Below, piece by piece: positions 43,498 to 54,489 of a stretch of DNA of 64,000 nt. Both the position numbers and the translations under genes were made by a program. The stretch comes from Nitrosopumilus sp. (GTDB lineage Archaea > Thermoproteota > Nitrososphaeria > Nitrososphaerales > Nitrosopumilaceae): assembly GCA_965207445.1 (NCBI GenBank), contig CBDBLX010000002.1, forward strand, positions 544,001 to 608,000, written 5' to 3'. The notes below the pieces were generated by a model. That model saw nothing but the letters and a program-made list of their open reading frames with translations, had not been told where the DNA came from and did no database searches. Position 1 is the stretch's first letter, and each line of letters opens with the position of its first letter.

Positions 43498-45090
43498 ATG
43501 TATCGTTCACGCATGGGTGGTGGCAAACCAAATTCAAAAATTTTGAATTATTTGTCATCTGCTGATGCTGACTCTGAGATTATTATATATGATATCTTGG
43601 GCAGTCAGGCGCATGTTTTGATGTTGTTGCATGTGGGACTTTTATCGCGCACGTCTGCTCGTCGTATACTTTGCGCATTACAAGATATGTTGGATAATAA
43701 AAATAGGGACATGTATGGTAATAATAATAATAATAACAACAACAACAATGACCAAAACAACAATCAAAAAAAAGATTACATTGCATACGCTAAAACCACA
43801 ACAACTGAGGATATACACGAACTTGTAGAATCCATTATCATCAAAAAGATTGGTATGGAACATGGTGGTCGTATGCATACATCTCGATCTAGAAATGATC
43901 AAATTGCACTTGATATTAGAATGAAACTTCGAGATGATATTAACACAATGTGTAGGTGTATACTTGATATGGCCGAGTCAATGATCTCATTGGCCAATGA
44001 ACATAAAAGAACCATAATGCCACTATACACCCATATGCAACAAGCACAACCTGGTATATTGTCACATTGGTTGCTTGCCCATACAGATGCGCTACTGCGA
44101 GATTATGATCGACTATCTGATACATTTACGCGTGTAAACAAAAGTCCACTTGGCTCTGGTCCTGTAGGTGGTACTAGTCTCAAAATTGATCGTGATTACA
44201 CGGCACAACTGTTGGGATTTGATGGTCTTGTAGAGAACTCACTTGATGCTACTAGCACACGTGACTTTGCAGCAGAGTATGCATCTTCTGTTTCAATAAT
44301 GATGTCAAATTTAAGCCGACTGGCAGAAGATGTGGTCATCTGGTCTACATCAGAGTTTTCATTTGTCGCATTAGAAGATGGTTTGGCATCTCCGTCAAGT
44401 GCAATGCCACAAAAAAAGAACCCTGACATACTTGAGATTACTCGTGCAAAGGCTGCACAAGTATCGGGGAATCTTTGTGCCATATTGGGGATGGTAAACG
44501 GACTTGCATCAGGATATGGCAGGGACTTACAACAGGTAAAACCCATCTTATGGTCAATATCTGATATTGGTGTATCTACATTGTCTGTATTACAGGCTGT
44601 ATTTGGGAATCATGATAATAATGGCTTACAATCCGGAATTCGTATCAACAAAGCACGTATGCGCAAAGCTGCCAACTCTGATGATCTAGTCGCACTTGAT
44701 CTAGCAGAACATTTGGTTTTCAAGTATAATGTGCCTTTTCGTGTAGCTCATGGTGTGGCCGCTGCCTTGGTGCAGTATGTCCATGTTGCCAAGAGGTCTA
44801 TCTCTAAGCTTGACATATCTGAGATACAAAAAGTAATAGATCTTAATCACAATAAAACCAAAAAAATGCCCAGTGCCAAAGAGATTCACACAATTACATC
44901 ATCGTTACTTGATGCATCATCTTCATTACAAAATCGGATCTCAAGAGGATCGTCTGGTTATGCAGAACAAAAACGTATGATAAATGACCGCAAAGAAACT
45001 ATTATTGCACTTGGAGACCAATTAAATCAACGCATCAAAAAGATCAATGATGCATTTGACTTGCTTCAAAAACAGATTCGAGATGTTTAA
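43498..45090 (+). CDS. argH: Argininosuccinate lyase
   Basis: HTSRSRNDQ, YTHMQQAQP, SSAMPQKKNPD; poly-Asn insertion. Confidence 0.95.
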   Translation: MYRSRMGGGKPNSKILNYLSSADADSEIIIYDILGSQAHVLMLLHVGLLSRTSARRILCALQDMLDNKNRDMYGNNNNNNNNNNDQNNNQKKDYIAYAKTTTTEDIHELVESIIIKKIGMEHGGRMHTSRSRNDQIALDIRMKLRDDINTMCRCILDMAESMISLANEHKRTIMPLYTHMQQAQPGILSHWLLAHTDALLRDYDRLSDTFTRVNKSPLGSGPVGGTSLKIDRDYTAQLLGFDGLVENSLDATSTRDFAAEYASSVSIMMSNLSRLAEDVVIWSTSEFSFVALEDGLASPSSAMPQKKNPDILEITRAKAAQVSGNLCAILGMVNGLASGYGRDLQQVKPILWSISDIGVSTLSVLQAVFGNHDNNGLQSGIRINKARMRKAANSDDLVALDLAEHLVFKYNVPFRVAHGVAAALVQYVHVAKRSISKLDISEIQKVIDLNHNKTKKMPSAKEIHTITSSLLDASSSLQNRISRGSSGYAEQKRMINDRKETIIALGDQLNQRIKKINDAFDLLQKQIRDV

Positions 45091-45769
45091 TATTTACAAT
45101 TGCAAGTGTTCACCTCTCCCCATTCATCATCTCCTAACTATGCACGGATAGTCGTTGGCTGCGGGCGCGAGGTGGGGGGTGAGGACGCGCGAATGCTTGT
45201 ATCTTGACAGATTCCATCCATATCGTACACTATGAACAATTTCACATCCAAACAAGTATGGCACAAAAGTGCAACGACACAGTCACCTCAACTACGCCTG
45301 GGGGGTTAACATGGGTGAACGGTTACTCAATTTGTTCTGTAATTATCTATGTGAGATACTTGCAGGATTACCGGATGCAACAAAATGATCTATTCTGCAT
45401 GATGCAGGATTATTATTGTTGTTGTGATTGCAGTAGTAGAGTGATGGTAGTGTGTGGTAGTGGTAATGTGTGGTAGTGGCAATGATGGTGACGACAATAA
45501 CAATGGTGGTGCCTACAGTGCAGTGTTGTTGTTGTGGACTTTGATGTTATCTTGCATAACAGCAAAAAAGAATGTCGTCTGCCTTCTCTCTGTCTGTATA
45601 CCTGCTCATTTTGTATTCTGACCACCGAACAACACTGTGGACATCTATTGCACTTGTGGCAAATTATTATAATTGCATACTTTCATCGTGCAACTACACG
45701 TTATTGTTGTTGTCATTGTTACTATGACTACTACTAAAATGTACTCTTAAAAGATATTACTCCCATTAC

Positions 45770-48700
45770 ATGTCTTCTGTGGGGCACAACAAAGGCATAC
45801 CGCAACATACTATCAATTACTATATAACAAACAATGTGATGGGTGTTATGGACGCACAAGTAGCCGAAAATCCTGAGCGGCGACAGTCTGATTTGAGAAG
45901 ACCGCGACGGATTGCATTTCCTGTCATGACACTTGTAGCCGCGCTTTTTATAATGACATCTGTGGCATGCGGTGATGAGGAAGCTTTTGCGTTGCATATA
46001 CATGGCGGTGACTCAAAGGACGGCCATCCATCCATACCGCCGTTGGACTACAACGGCAACCAATACGACCTCTACCTAGAACTTGAGACGCGCCAACTTG
46101 TATTTTTTATAAATATGGAAACCGATAATCTAGACCCAAGCAAGTCGTACGTCATAAGCTTTGTGAACGGCGACTCAACGTACGTATATCTAGGAGACTA
46201 TGACTATACGACATCCCCTGATGGGAACTGGACAAAATATACGTTGAGTCTGACAAGTGACAACGTACGCAAGATAGAGCAACTGTTCACCTCCAAGGAT
46301 GCCACCTCGTCGCTAAAATTTGGACTCGCACCGGGCGCAGTATTTTATTATGATAAGAATTACGGCTATATTGATAACAGAAATGTGCAACATTCACTTG
46401 TACTTGTCGATGTACTTGACCGCAAGCCACGCTTTTTACTTGATGGCATAAGTGCCATCGAACTGGAGCAGGGTGACACGTACTCAAATACTGACATCAC
46501 CTGTATTGATAATGATGATTTGAACCCGATACTAGGCCACAACGCCAGCACTGCGCACGCGGGCCACTTTGTAGTAGAGCATACATGCACAGACAGTTCT
46601 GGAAATGAGGCCACACCTGTGTATAGTACACTTTACGTCACATCCATAGACAAACCGCCGGCCGTTGTGACACCGACTGAGTCACTCCAAGTCGTCGAAG
46701 GTTCTGAGCTGCTGTATCACATAACGTCTGACAGCCCGGACGTAGAGTTCTCTTTGGTGTCACACAACGCCAGCCATAGGGCAGGCCCCGAACCCATAGT
46801 CAATGTCACAGGATGGCTTTCGTGGACTCCGTCTGAAAGCCAGGGTGGACACGGTGATGTTTATCGTATAACAGTAGAGGCGATCAACATGAACGGAACT
46901 TCATCATCCATTGCAGACATCTTTGTTGATGTGGCAGAGTCAAACTCTGCACCTACCCTGAGTCCGTTTGAGCCCCTGAATGTCCCACACGGGGCGGAGA
47001 TCTCAATTAATGTGTCTTCAAACGCAGCAGATTCAGACGTACCACGAAACAAACTCGTGTACTCAATAGTGTCTGGCGCAGGGTCAATTAATGCCGACAC
47101 GGGCGTATTCACATGGACGCCACATAAATCTGACGCCGGCACGTATCTGGTCAACTTTACAGTGTCCGACGGCCTGGACAAGGCTGCCGGGACACAATCC
47201 ATCACAGTCCGGGACGTCACCCCGCCCATAATTCAAGCAATGCCTGACATCGAGGCACACGTCGACTCATCCCCATCGACGGCGCCACCAGAGGCGCGGT
47301 ACCAGTTGCCTACTGCAGTCGATCTCGTAGACGGACCCGTGTCGGTCACATGTGCACCTGCATCCGGCACTCTGCTTACACAGATCGTCACCACAGTCAC
47401 GTGCAACGCTCACGACGCGGCAGGTAACACTGCTGAGCCAGTCACGTTTAATGTTGTCGTTCCACCAGACTCTGAGGCGCCAACGATCATCCCATCTGTG
47501 GTCTGGGCAGTAGAGGCCGCCGGATCCCTCACCTCGGTGTTAGTACCACCTCCTGCCGTATCTGATAACCGCGACGCTGTAGCAGACATTATAATCCAGA
47601 CAAACGTCACAGGTTCGTTTAAGACAGTCGCGGAACTTTTGTGGCACGAGTTTGAACTAGGAGAACACGTGGTTCACTGGCGTGCCACTGACACATCAGG
47701 CAACATGGCAGTCGCGTCTCAGACAATAACAGTTCGAGATACGACTCCACCACATATCTCTCCGACTCAAGATGTGCGTGTGCAAGGTATCTTGCCTGCC
47801 AACGTGTCATACACTGTACCAACTGCAGTAGATGTTGTAGATGGCGCGGTGCAGGTCACGTGCACACCCCCACCGGGACACGAGTTCACACTACCCTCCA
47901 CTGTGGTTTCATGCAACGCTCACGACGCTGCAGGTAACCACGCCAAACCAGTCTCTTTTAATGTGGTAGTCACACAGACTCTGAGCACGTCGAATATGTA
48001 TACAGTTCAGTCTAGCGATCTTGGGGAATCTACTGCAGAAATGGTAGATGACCTTGATGCCGAACGCAAGACACTTCAGAAAATATTCAAAAAACTACAA
48101 AAAGATATCAAGGGACTGCAGGCCAGTGTGAGTGAGGCTTTTGATAATATAGCCGGTACTGACAAGGTGTATGCTAAACAGCAAAAAAAGATCGCCTTTT
48201 TAGAGAAAGCCCTAGATGAGACGAGAACCGAAAAGAAACTCAAAAAAGATCTCTTGGAATTTTATGTAAACCCTGAACACGTGTTTCGAAACCACGGCGT
48301 GGACGATCGTACCGGCAACCATGTACTAGTATTCTTGTCTGGTAATAATGCAACGGGTTGTAATTATGACACCACAATAAACGGAGCGCCCTGTCTCTCA
48401 TCTTCGATCTACATAGGTCACAACAATAGTCGACTGATGGTGCTAGGTGACATACGGAACCTTGAGTTTTGGCCGAATCGCACCATATATGCCGGCGACA
48501 CGTTTGAATGGACATATCCTGCGGATGTACAGATGAGAACCGTGACCATCACAAAACCAGATGGATCAAATACAACGGCGTCCCCTGGAAGCTACAATAC
48601 GCCATCTGAGGGTACATTTCAGTCACATACGTTTGACACACCGGGCGTCTTTAACTGGAGTGTGGATGGACATATATCAACACGTGGAACCGTGACGGTA

Positions 48701-49441
48701 ATTGAGGCTCCGGCTTTGCGTTCTCTACTCGAAGATACAGAATCCGGTACAAATGGTGCACAGGTCTTGTCTCAGTCGGGTATTGCAATCCTTGAGCGAA
48801 AGATAGCCATCTGGAATGAAAAGATCGACGTCCTACAAGATGAAAAAAAGAATTTGAAAATGACTCTCAAGAGCGCGAAAAATGGGGATCTGGGTCTGGA
48901 TGATCTGCATCAAATGGGACGCGCAGAGATAAAGGATCTCTCAAAAGCAACAAAGCACGTAAAAAAGAAGATAAACATGTTTGATGATATACTTGTTTAT
49001 TACACGCAACCTGGACATGTCTTTTCTGATCATGGAAGAGATGAGGGTACGGATAACCACGTAATCGAGTTGTCTCAGGAATGTGGCGGGGACGGGAATG
49101 ATAAATCCTGTCTCTCAACTGACGTACTCGAGCAGCTGGGAGATGAAAAAAGACCTACGCTGACTAGGATATCACATCTGAACTTTTGGCCCGACCGCAC
49201 CATCTGGAGCGGTGAGACTGTTGAGTGGAGATATCACGAGGTGGACAAGGAGCAGGTGGCTAGAATACAAGGCGACGCACTCACAGCAAATGGCACAAAA
49301 TTAATGACGCTACCAGGTGGGACCGGTGGAAACTCAACTTCGCAGATCTACACGTTTACAGAACCTGGCAAGTATACATGGCTCTTATATGACAATCCAA
49401 ACGTAAACGGGACAATATACGTTACACGCGCAGTAAAGTAA
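45770..49441 (+). CDS. Large surface protein: Ig/cadherin-like, HYR-like, and two coiled-coil + cupredoxin-like units
   Basis: Hydrophobic N-terminal segment; TG...WTP Ig; DTTPP...PTAVD.VDG.V.V.C..C.A.DAAGN HYR repeats; start could be further downstream. Confidence 0.8.
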   Translation: MSSVGHNKGIPQHTINYYITNNVMGVMDAQVAENPERRQSDLRRPRRIAFPVMTLVAALFIMTSVACGDEEAFALHIHGGDSKDGHPSIPPLDYNGNQYDLYLELETRQLVFFINMETDNLDPSKSYVISFVNGDSTYVYLGDYDYTTSPDGNWTKYTLSLTSDNVRKIEQLFTSKDATSSLKFGLAPGAVFYYDKNYGYIDNRNVQHSLVLVDVLDRKPRFLLDGISAIELEQGDTYSNTDITCIDNDDLNPILGHNASTAHAGHFVVEHTCTDSSGNEATPVYSTLYVTSIDKPPAVVTPTESLQVVEGSELLYHITSDSPDVEFSLVSHNASHRAGPEPIVNVTGWLSWTPSESQGGHGDVYRITVEAINMNGTSSSIADIFVDVAESNSAPTLSPFEPLNVPHGAEISINVSSNAADSDVPRNKLVYSIVSGAGSINADTGVFTWTPHKSDAGTYLVNFTVSDGLDKAAGTQSITVRDVTPPIIQAMPDIEAHVDSSPSTAPPEARYQLPTAVDLVDGPVSVTCAPASGTLLTQIVTTVTCNAHDAAGNTAEPVTFNVVVPPDSEAPTIIPSVVWAVEAAGSLTSVLVPPPAVSDNRDAVADIIIQTNVTGSFKTVAELLWHEFELGEHVVHWRATDTSGNMAVASQTITVRDTTPPHISPTQDVRVQGILPANVSYTVPTAVDVVDGAVQVTCTPPPGHEFTLPSTVVSCNAHDAAGNHAKPVSFNVVVTQTLSTSNMYTVQSSDLGESTAEMVDDLDAERKTLQKIFKKLQKDIKGLQASVSEAFDNIAGTDKVYAKQQKKIAFLEKALDETRTEKKLKKDLLEFYVNPEHVFRNHGVDDRTGNHVLVFLSGNNATGCNYDTTINGAPCLSSSIYIGHNNSRLMVLGDIRNLEFWPNRTIYAGDTFEWTYPADVQMRTVTITKPDGSNTTASPGSYNTPSEGTFQSHTFDTPGVFNWSVDGHISTRGTVTVIEAPALRSLLEDTESGTNGAQVLSQSGIAILERKIAIWNEKIDVLQDEKKNLKMTLKSAKNGDLGLDDLHQMGRAEIKDLSKATKHVKKKINMFDDILVYYTQPGHVFSDHGRDEGTDNHVIELSQECGGDGNDKSCLSTDVLEQLGDEKRPTLTRISHLNFWPDRTIWSGETVEWRYHEVDKEQVARIQGDALTANGTKLMTLPGGTGGNSTSQIYTFTEPGKYTWLLYDNPNVNGTIYVTRAVK

Positions 49442-49632
49442 CTGTAGTATTCGCGTAAAGATGTACGTGACAACAAGCAAGGCAGTGACCCGCAAGGGTT
49501 GTCATTTTGTGAATTGCCTGATACTATCACCACACGTCTGTAGCGCATCTGCTCCTTGGACTCGGAAACTTGACACCTGTGATCTTTTCTCCACTACTCT
49601 AGTTTTTATTACCATAACGCGCGCACACACCC

Positions 49633-50904
49633 ATGGGAATGGCGCAAAAACTAACAATCCTTGTAGTCATCCAAATTACACTTATTATTTCTAGTTTTTT
49701 CACCCTTGCGTATTTTGAGTCGCAGACTGTCTTGGCAGGTAATGCTGTAAATGTTGCGGGAAAGAATCGTGTACTCACAAATGAGGTGACCTTGGAGATT
49801 CTAGGTGTAGACTCGGGTGGTACTGCTTCGCAGGGGCGCGTTCTTGCGGCGATCGAAGATCTTGAACAGAATGTCCACTTTTTAAAGAACGGCGGGGACC
49901 TAGACGGAATAGAGATTACTCCATTGGCGCCTAGATTTGAGCCAGAGTGGGAGGACGTGGTAGAAAAACTCGCGGCGTACAAGGGCGTGATACTTTCTGC
50001 CCTCTCAGAATCCACTACAATGCGGCCGGAGACTGTCGGGGAGATAAACAGACTCGGAGACGATCTTGTGGACACCTCTGACACACTCACTACGCTCTTG
50101 GGACATGACACAGAAAATATCTCAAGGAATCTGATCTTAATGCAGGTATCTCTTGGGATTGTAAATGTAGCAACCCATTTGTTCATGATCGTCTTGATAT
50201 TGAATCTCTTCAAAAAGAATACGGAAAGACAGATAAAGATAGAAAAGATGGCAACAATCGGCGAGTTCGCAGCCGTTCTGGCTCATGACATAAGAAACCC
50301 ACTTGGAACAATACGTAACTCTGTGGAGATACTGCTTCGCCGTAAAGGACTTGCAGAGTCTACAGTCAAGGATCTCTCACGAATAGCGCGTGCTACTGAG
50401 CGCATATCCTGGCAGGTGGACAGCACGCTTGGTTACTTACATGCCGTTCCACTCGTGCTTGAGCCAAACCATGTATTGCACATACTGCGACGATCTACTG
50501 GTGCAGTCGAGATTCCTTCCCACATCACACTTGAGATACCTAGCGCCGGCTCTGATCTCGTGGTGGAATGTGACTCTGATAAGATAGAAATTGTTTTTAT
50601 AAATCTACTGATGAATGCCGTGCAGGCGATCGGTAGTCAGACTGGGCGCATCGGTGTAAAAGTTCAGGATGACCACAACCACGTAATTATCGATTTTGAG
50701 AATTCTCATGCTGACATACCAAAGGAGAATCTTCCACACATCTTTGATCCCCTGTTTACCACCAAGATGGAGGGGACCGGGCTGGGACTTGCCAGCTGCA
50801 GAAACATCGTGGATCTGCACAATGGAACGATATCTGCTCACATCTCCGGGGGTTTGGTAACATTCTCAATACGTCTACCCAAGCGACAGGATGATGGCAG
50901 TTGA
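49633..50904 (+). CDS. Membrane sensor histidine kinase (NarX/PilJ-like sensor domain)
   Basis: Two TM segments; NVAGKNR P-box-like; AHDIRNPL H-box; NAVQA, FDPLFTTK, GTGLGL. Confidence 0.9.
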   Translation: MGMAQKLTILVVIQITLIISSFFTLAYFESQTVLAGNAVNVAGKNRVLTNEVTLEILGVDSGGTASQGRVLAAIEDLEQNVHFLKNGGDLDGIEITPLAPRFEPEWEDVVEKLAAYKGVILSALSESTTMRPETVGEINRLGDDLVDTSDTLTTLLGHDTENISRNLILMQVSLGIVNVATHLFMIVLILNLFKKNTERQIKIEKMATIGEFAAVLAHDIRNPLGTIRNSVEILLRRKGLAESTVKDLSRIARATERISWQVDSTLGYLHAVPLVLEPNHVLHILRRSTGAVEIPSHITLEIPSAGSDLVVECDSDKIEIVFINLLMNAVQAIGSQTGRIGVKVQDDHNHVIIDFENSHADIPKENLPHIFDPLFTTKMEGTGLGLASCRNIVDLHNGTISAHISGGLVTFSIRLPKRQDDGS

Positions 50905-50986
50905 GGAACAATAAAGAAGAAGAAAAAAACCCTCGTAATAGATGACAATAGTGGTGTGAACTAATCTCTATGACTGATATGATCAT

Positions 50987-51527
50987 TCAAAAATAACTCT
51001 TAGCTAAATGTATCGCATGCATGATACTCGATATACAGACAGGAATATAATCAAATATAAGTATGTATTTTATTATTGTGTCCAATGAGCTTGGTTCACA
51101 CATAAAATTACTTGCCTTTAGTTTCATTTTCCTAGAGTAACTTTCCACTAGATGCTGGACAAGCACTGATTCAATGTCGTTGATGACTTCTAGTTCAGAT
51201 GTTTTAGAGCTGACACTGGTCTTCAAATTCGAAAAAAACGACTGGATGAATGGCAGATCCGACAGACTGATCGTCGATTCCTCACCCTTGATCGAAAGAA
51301 ACCTCTTCATAAAGTCCTTTGAGGCCTGTGCGATCAGCGCCGTGACTTCTGACATCCTGTGGAACACCTCGTTTTTCACGGTCTCTGGCATGCATTTTTT
51401 TGAATCGAAAGATTCCTTGGTACCTGTCAATGGCGCCCACCCGGGTCAACTGGGTCTCGTTGCCAAACACTTCGGCCAGAAAGATTGACGAGTCCACGCA
51501 GACTGTGATCTTTGTTCTTCTAGGCAT
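50987..51527 (-). pseudogene. PIN-domain-like protein, frameshifted and truncated
   Basis: MPRRTKITVCVDSSIFLAE continues after a shift at an A7 run into CMPETVKNEV. Confidence 0.55.
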
Positions 51528-52493
51528 ATCTGAGGACTGCCTGACGTAGTTTTTTATCAAAGTCTCTAAACGACTCTGAGTCTGAGGAGTTCAACATGAT
51601 AACTTCGTCGAGATGTCTTTTATCCAAATGGTTTGTCATCTCAAAGATATTCTGCCTGAATTCACCAAGATATTCATCGAATCTCTCCTTTTCTGTGTCG
51701 TTGTGCAGCGTGAGTGGTTTTGTCCTAAACAAGTCCTTCAGTTCCTTTGCATTAACTGCCCTCAGGAAGAACCTTATGGCGAATTCCGAGCGGGATGCCT
51801 TCATCAGCGTCTTTGAAAGATTCTTGTGGCGTTTCTCAAACTTTTTTAATTCCGCCTTTATCTTTTTTTCATCAGACCTGACAAGGTGCAACCTTGTCTG
51901 CAGCCGGGACAGATCTGTCACGAGTGAGTTTATCGCCGATGTCCTTCCTATGTATGAGATGTTGTACAGGTTGTACAGTTCTAATGGTAGGTCTGATTCT
52001 AGGAATTCTGCCATTATCTTTCTGTGCCATTGGTCATATGATGTCTTGAGTATTCGACTCAGTCTTTTCAGCGAGTCTATCATAAAGCCGAACTGTTTGT
52101 TGATGTCGTCCGGGTCTGATCGAAATGCCTGGCGCAACTCCTGAATCTCCGGATTTTCATCCAAAAACTCTGTGAAATGTTTCCTCCAGAGAGTTAGGTA
52201 TGCGCCGGTGGTGAACCAGTCTGCATTAAAATGAACCTTGTCTACGACACATTCTATCTCACTGTATATTATCTTGTCCAAGTCCGGCTGTTCGTCTGGC
52301 ATCCGGTCTATCATGGTTTTTCTCACATAACGCCTCGGGGTTGCTTTCTTCTCTAGGCACGGTTGTAAATGCTTTAATACGTATATAGCGGCGGGTTTGA
52401 CAAATTCCTGCCTGTGATCATTTTCAAAACTAGCGGTTAGCGCTTTCAATAGCACTGATACGTGATTTCTTATATATATCAGATTTTGGTTCC
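51520..52493 (-). pseudogene. Helical hypothetical protein, 5' end removed by MITE
   Basis: Long open frame whose predicted start lies inside the MITE; overlaps start of PIN-like gene. Confidence 0.55.
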
Positions 52494-52574
52494 GTAACCG
52501 TTTAACTCCTTCCAAAATTTAGGCACAAACTCGCCGTCTAATGTCTGGCGCAGCTACAGGGGCTGAACGGTTAC
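52494..52574 (+). mobile_element. MITE copy 4
   Basis: GTAACCGTT...TGAACGGTTAC with conserved core. Confidence 0.83.
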
Positions 52575-52705
52575 CATTATAATCAACTGCGCGTTATCAT
52601 TGTCAATTGATTATATGTAAATATATAATACTGAGATCATCATGATCGGAAAAACGCGTATGATCTTTTATCTTATGTGTCCACTTCAAAAAGCAAAATA
52701 GTTAC
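52575..52705 (+). mobile_element. Orphan right-end fragment of the IS66-like element
   Basis: Diverged copy of 56260-56390, ends in ...CACTTCAAAAAGCAAAATAGTTAC. Confidence 0.85.
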
Positions 52706-52848
52706 CTATTTTTCCACTCCGTACACAACTGCCTAGCAGAAATCGTCTGCAAAAACCATCGGATCTTTAATGAAACTACTATGTATTATTCCGAGCAACT
52801 TGCCAATGTTTTTTGATTCGTTGAGAGTGGGAATGATTAGGCTGAGGT

Positions 52849-54309
52849 TCAAGGTGTCACCATGCCTGTATGTGCAAATATTGTGCTGCCATCGTTGGTG
52901 AATCGTAGACTGGTGTACGGGTATTTACTGGTATCGTACTTGCCCACGTTCCCCGTATATTCCTTGATCAGTTCGGTGTTCTGATACGCGTCAATCAACT
53001 CAATTCCTCTTCCCTGATCTAGAATGTAGTGCGGATCAATCAAGACGTATAAGTTATCAGTAGCAGGTGTATAATATAATATGTCTGCATAATCAAGAAA
53101 GACGTTGTCCCTGCCATGTACGTCTGATAGTATCCACGTATAGACGGGGCTGGCAAGCAACGTCATCTTGTCGTCATCAAAGTTCAGTATCGTGTCTTCA
53201 AGCGCGTCAAACTGGGCCGAGCTCATGTCGGTGTTGATTAGCATGGAGGAAACCACGATGCCGAACAGGGCAAAACCAAGGACCGTCACTGTGTTACTGG
53301 CCGTGAAAATGGTATTTCGTTTTATTCGCTGCAGGTTGTCATGTATCATGTATGAGACGGCGATGCAGGCCACTGGCATCAGCAATATGTAGTGGAAATA
53401 CTGGAAGAACCCCACGCTGCTCACAAATATTAAAAACGGCGCAAACCAGAACACCAGAAAGAGATCCTTCCTGATGGCCGCGTACATGAATGACGCGGCG
53501 CCCAGTACCGTCATCACGGGATCTATGCTGAACAGGTATCCTGTAACTGGCAGGACGCCGCCCGTGCCCCTCCCCGCCTGCCATAATACGTCTCGGAACC
53601 AATAGTCCAGCTGACCGAGGTGCGCGGCAAACGCGGGCCATGCAGAGGGAATCGCAAAGACTGGCGGCAGCCATTTGCTGAGCGCCTTGATCCCGTGGTT
53701 TGACGCTATGATGTACCCGACCACGGGTATCATCGTAACCGCAGTCAGCTTGGTAAATATGGCAAGTCCGAGCAGGATGGATGAGCCCAGTATCATGACG
53801 TTCTTGTTTTCAGAATCCCTTGAATGCAGGGCCAAAAGTATCGAGGAGAGCATGAAGGGGAGCAGTATGCCGTCAAGCAGTATTCTCCGGAGCATCCACG
53901 TCATCGGCATCGCTGCAAACAGCACCGATGCCAGTATTGCGACGTGCCTGCCGAATCTCTTTTCCGTGATCTTGTAGATTAGAAACGTGTCAAGAACAGC
54001 GAGAAGTCCCATAAGGATGCGCGGCGCCAGATACGACATTTCCAGAGATTGTTCCGCCGCCTGTGGAAAGCCGGCAACCTTTAGAAATCCAGACAAAAAT
54101 ATCTGGCCAAAGTAAGGGTGATCATAGAACGTCCCTTCCTGGGGATTACCGGTTTCCAAGACGGTCATGGCCCGCCTCATGTAAATTCCTTCATCAAAGA
54201 AGATGTCCGGGTATCCCACCGGGTTCCACAGATGGATGTAGGCAGATAGTACGAGTATCGCTGCCAATACGGCGTAATGACACCTCGTACTGGACTGTAA
54301 CAACTTCAA
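52849..54309 (-). CDS. GT39/ArnT-type (GT-C fold) membrane glycosyltransferase
   Basis: FFDEGIY, YDHP, multiple TM helices, LAIFTK. Confidence 0.88.
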   Translation of the reverse strand: MKLLQSSTRCHYAVLAAILVLSAYIHLWNPVGYPDIFFDEGIYMRRAMTVLETGNPQEGTFYDHPYFGQIFLSGFLKVAGFPQAAEQSLEMSYLAPRILMGLLAVLDTFLIYKITEKRFGRHVAILASVLFAAMPMTWMLRRILLDGILLPFMLSSILLALHSRDSENKNVMILGSSILLGLAIFTKLTAVTMIPVVGYIIASNHGIKALSKWLPPVFAIPSAWPAFAAHLGQLDYWFRDVLWQAGRGTGGVLPVTGYLFSIDPVMTVLGAASFMYAAIRKDLFLVFWFAPFLIFVSSVGFFQYFHYILLMPVACIAVSYMIHDNLQRIKRNTIFTASNTVTVLGFALFGIVVSSMLINTDMSSAQFDALEDTILNFDDDKMTLLASPVYTWILSDVHGRDNVFLDYADILYYTPATDNLYVLIDPHYILDQGRGIELIDAYQNTELIKEYTGNVGKYDTSKYPYTSLRFTNDGSTIFAHTGMVTP

Positions 54310-54489
54310 TTTAGGTGACCTCGAAATTGAAACTTAATAAATTTGGACTGATCTCGGATCTTCTGCGTTAATCGTTGGTAACTGAAATCTGGCAAGTTCC
54401 GTAGGTATACTCATGGCGTGGTTGAATAAACTTTTTAAAAATTCACAATTTAAAATCTCACATAATGTATAATTCTGGTGAACATTTTC

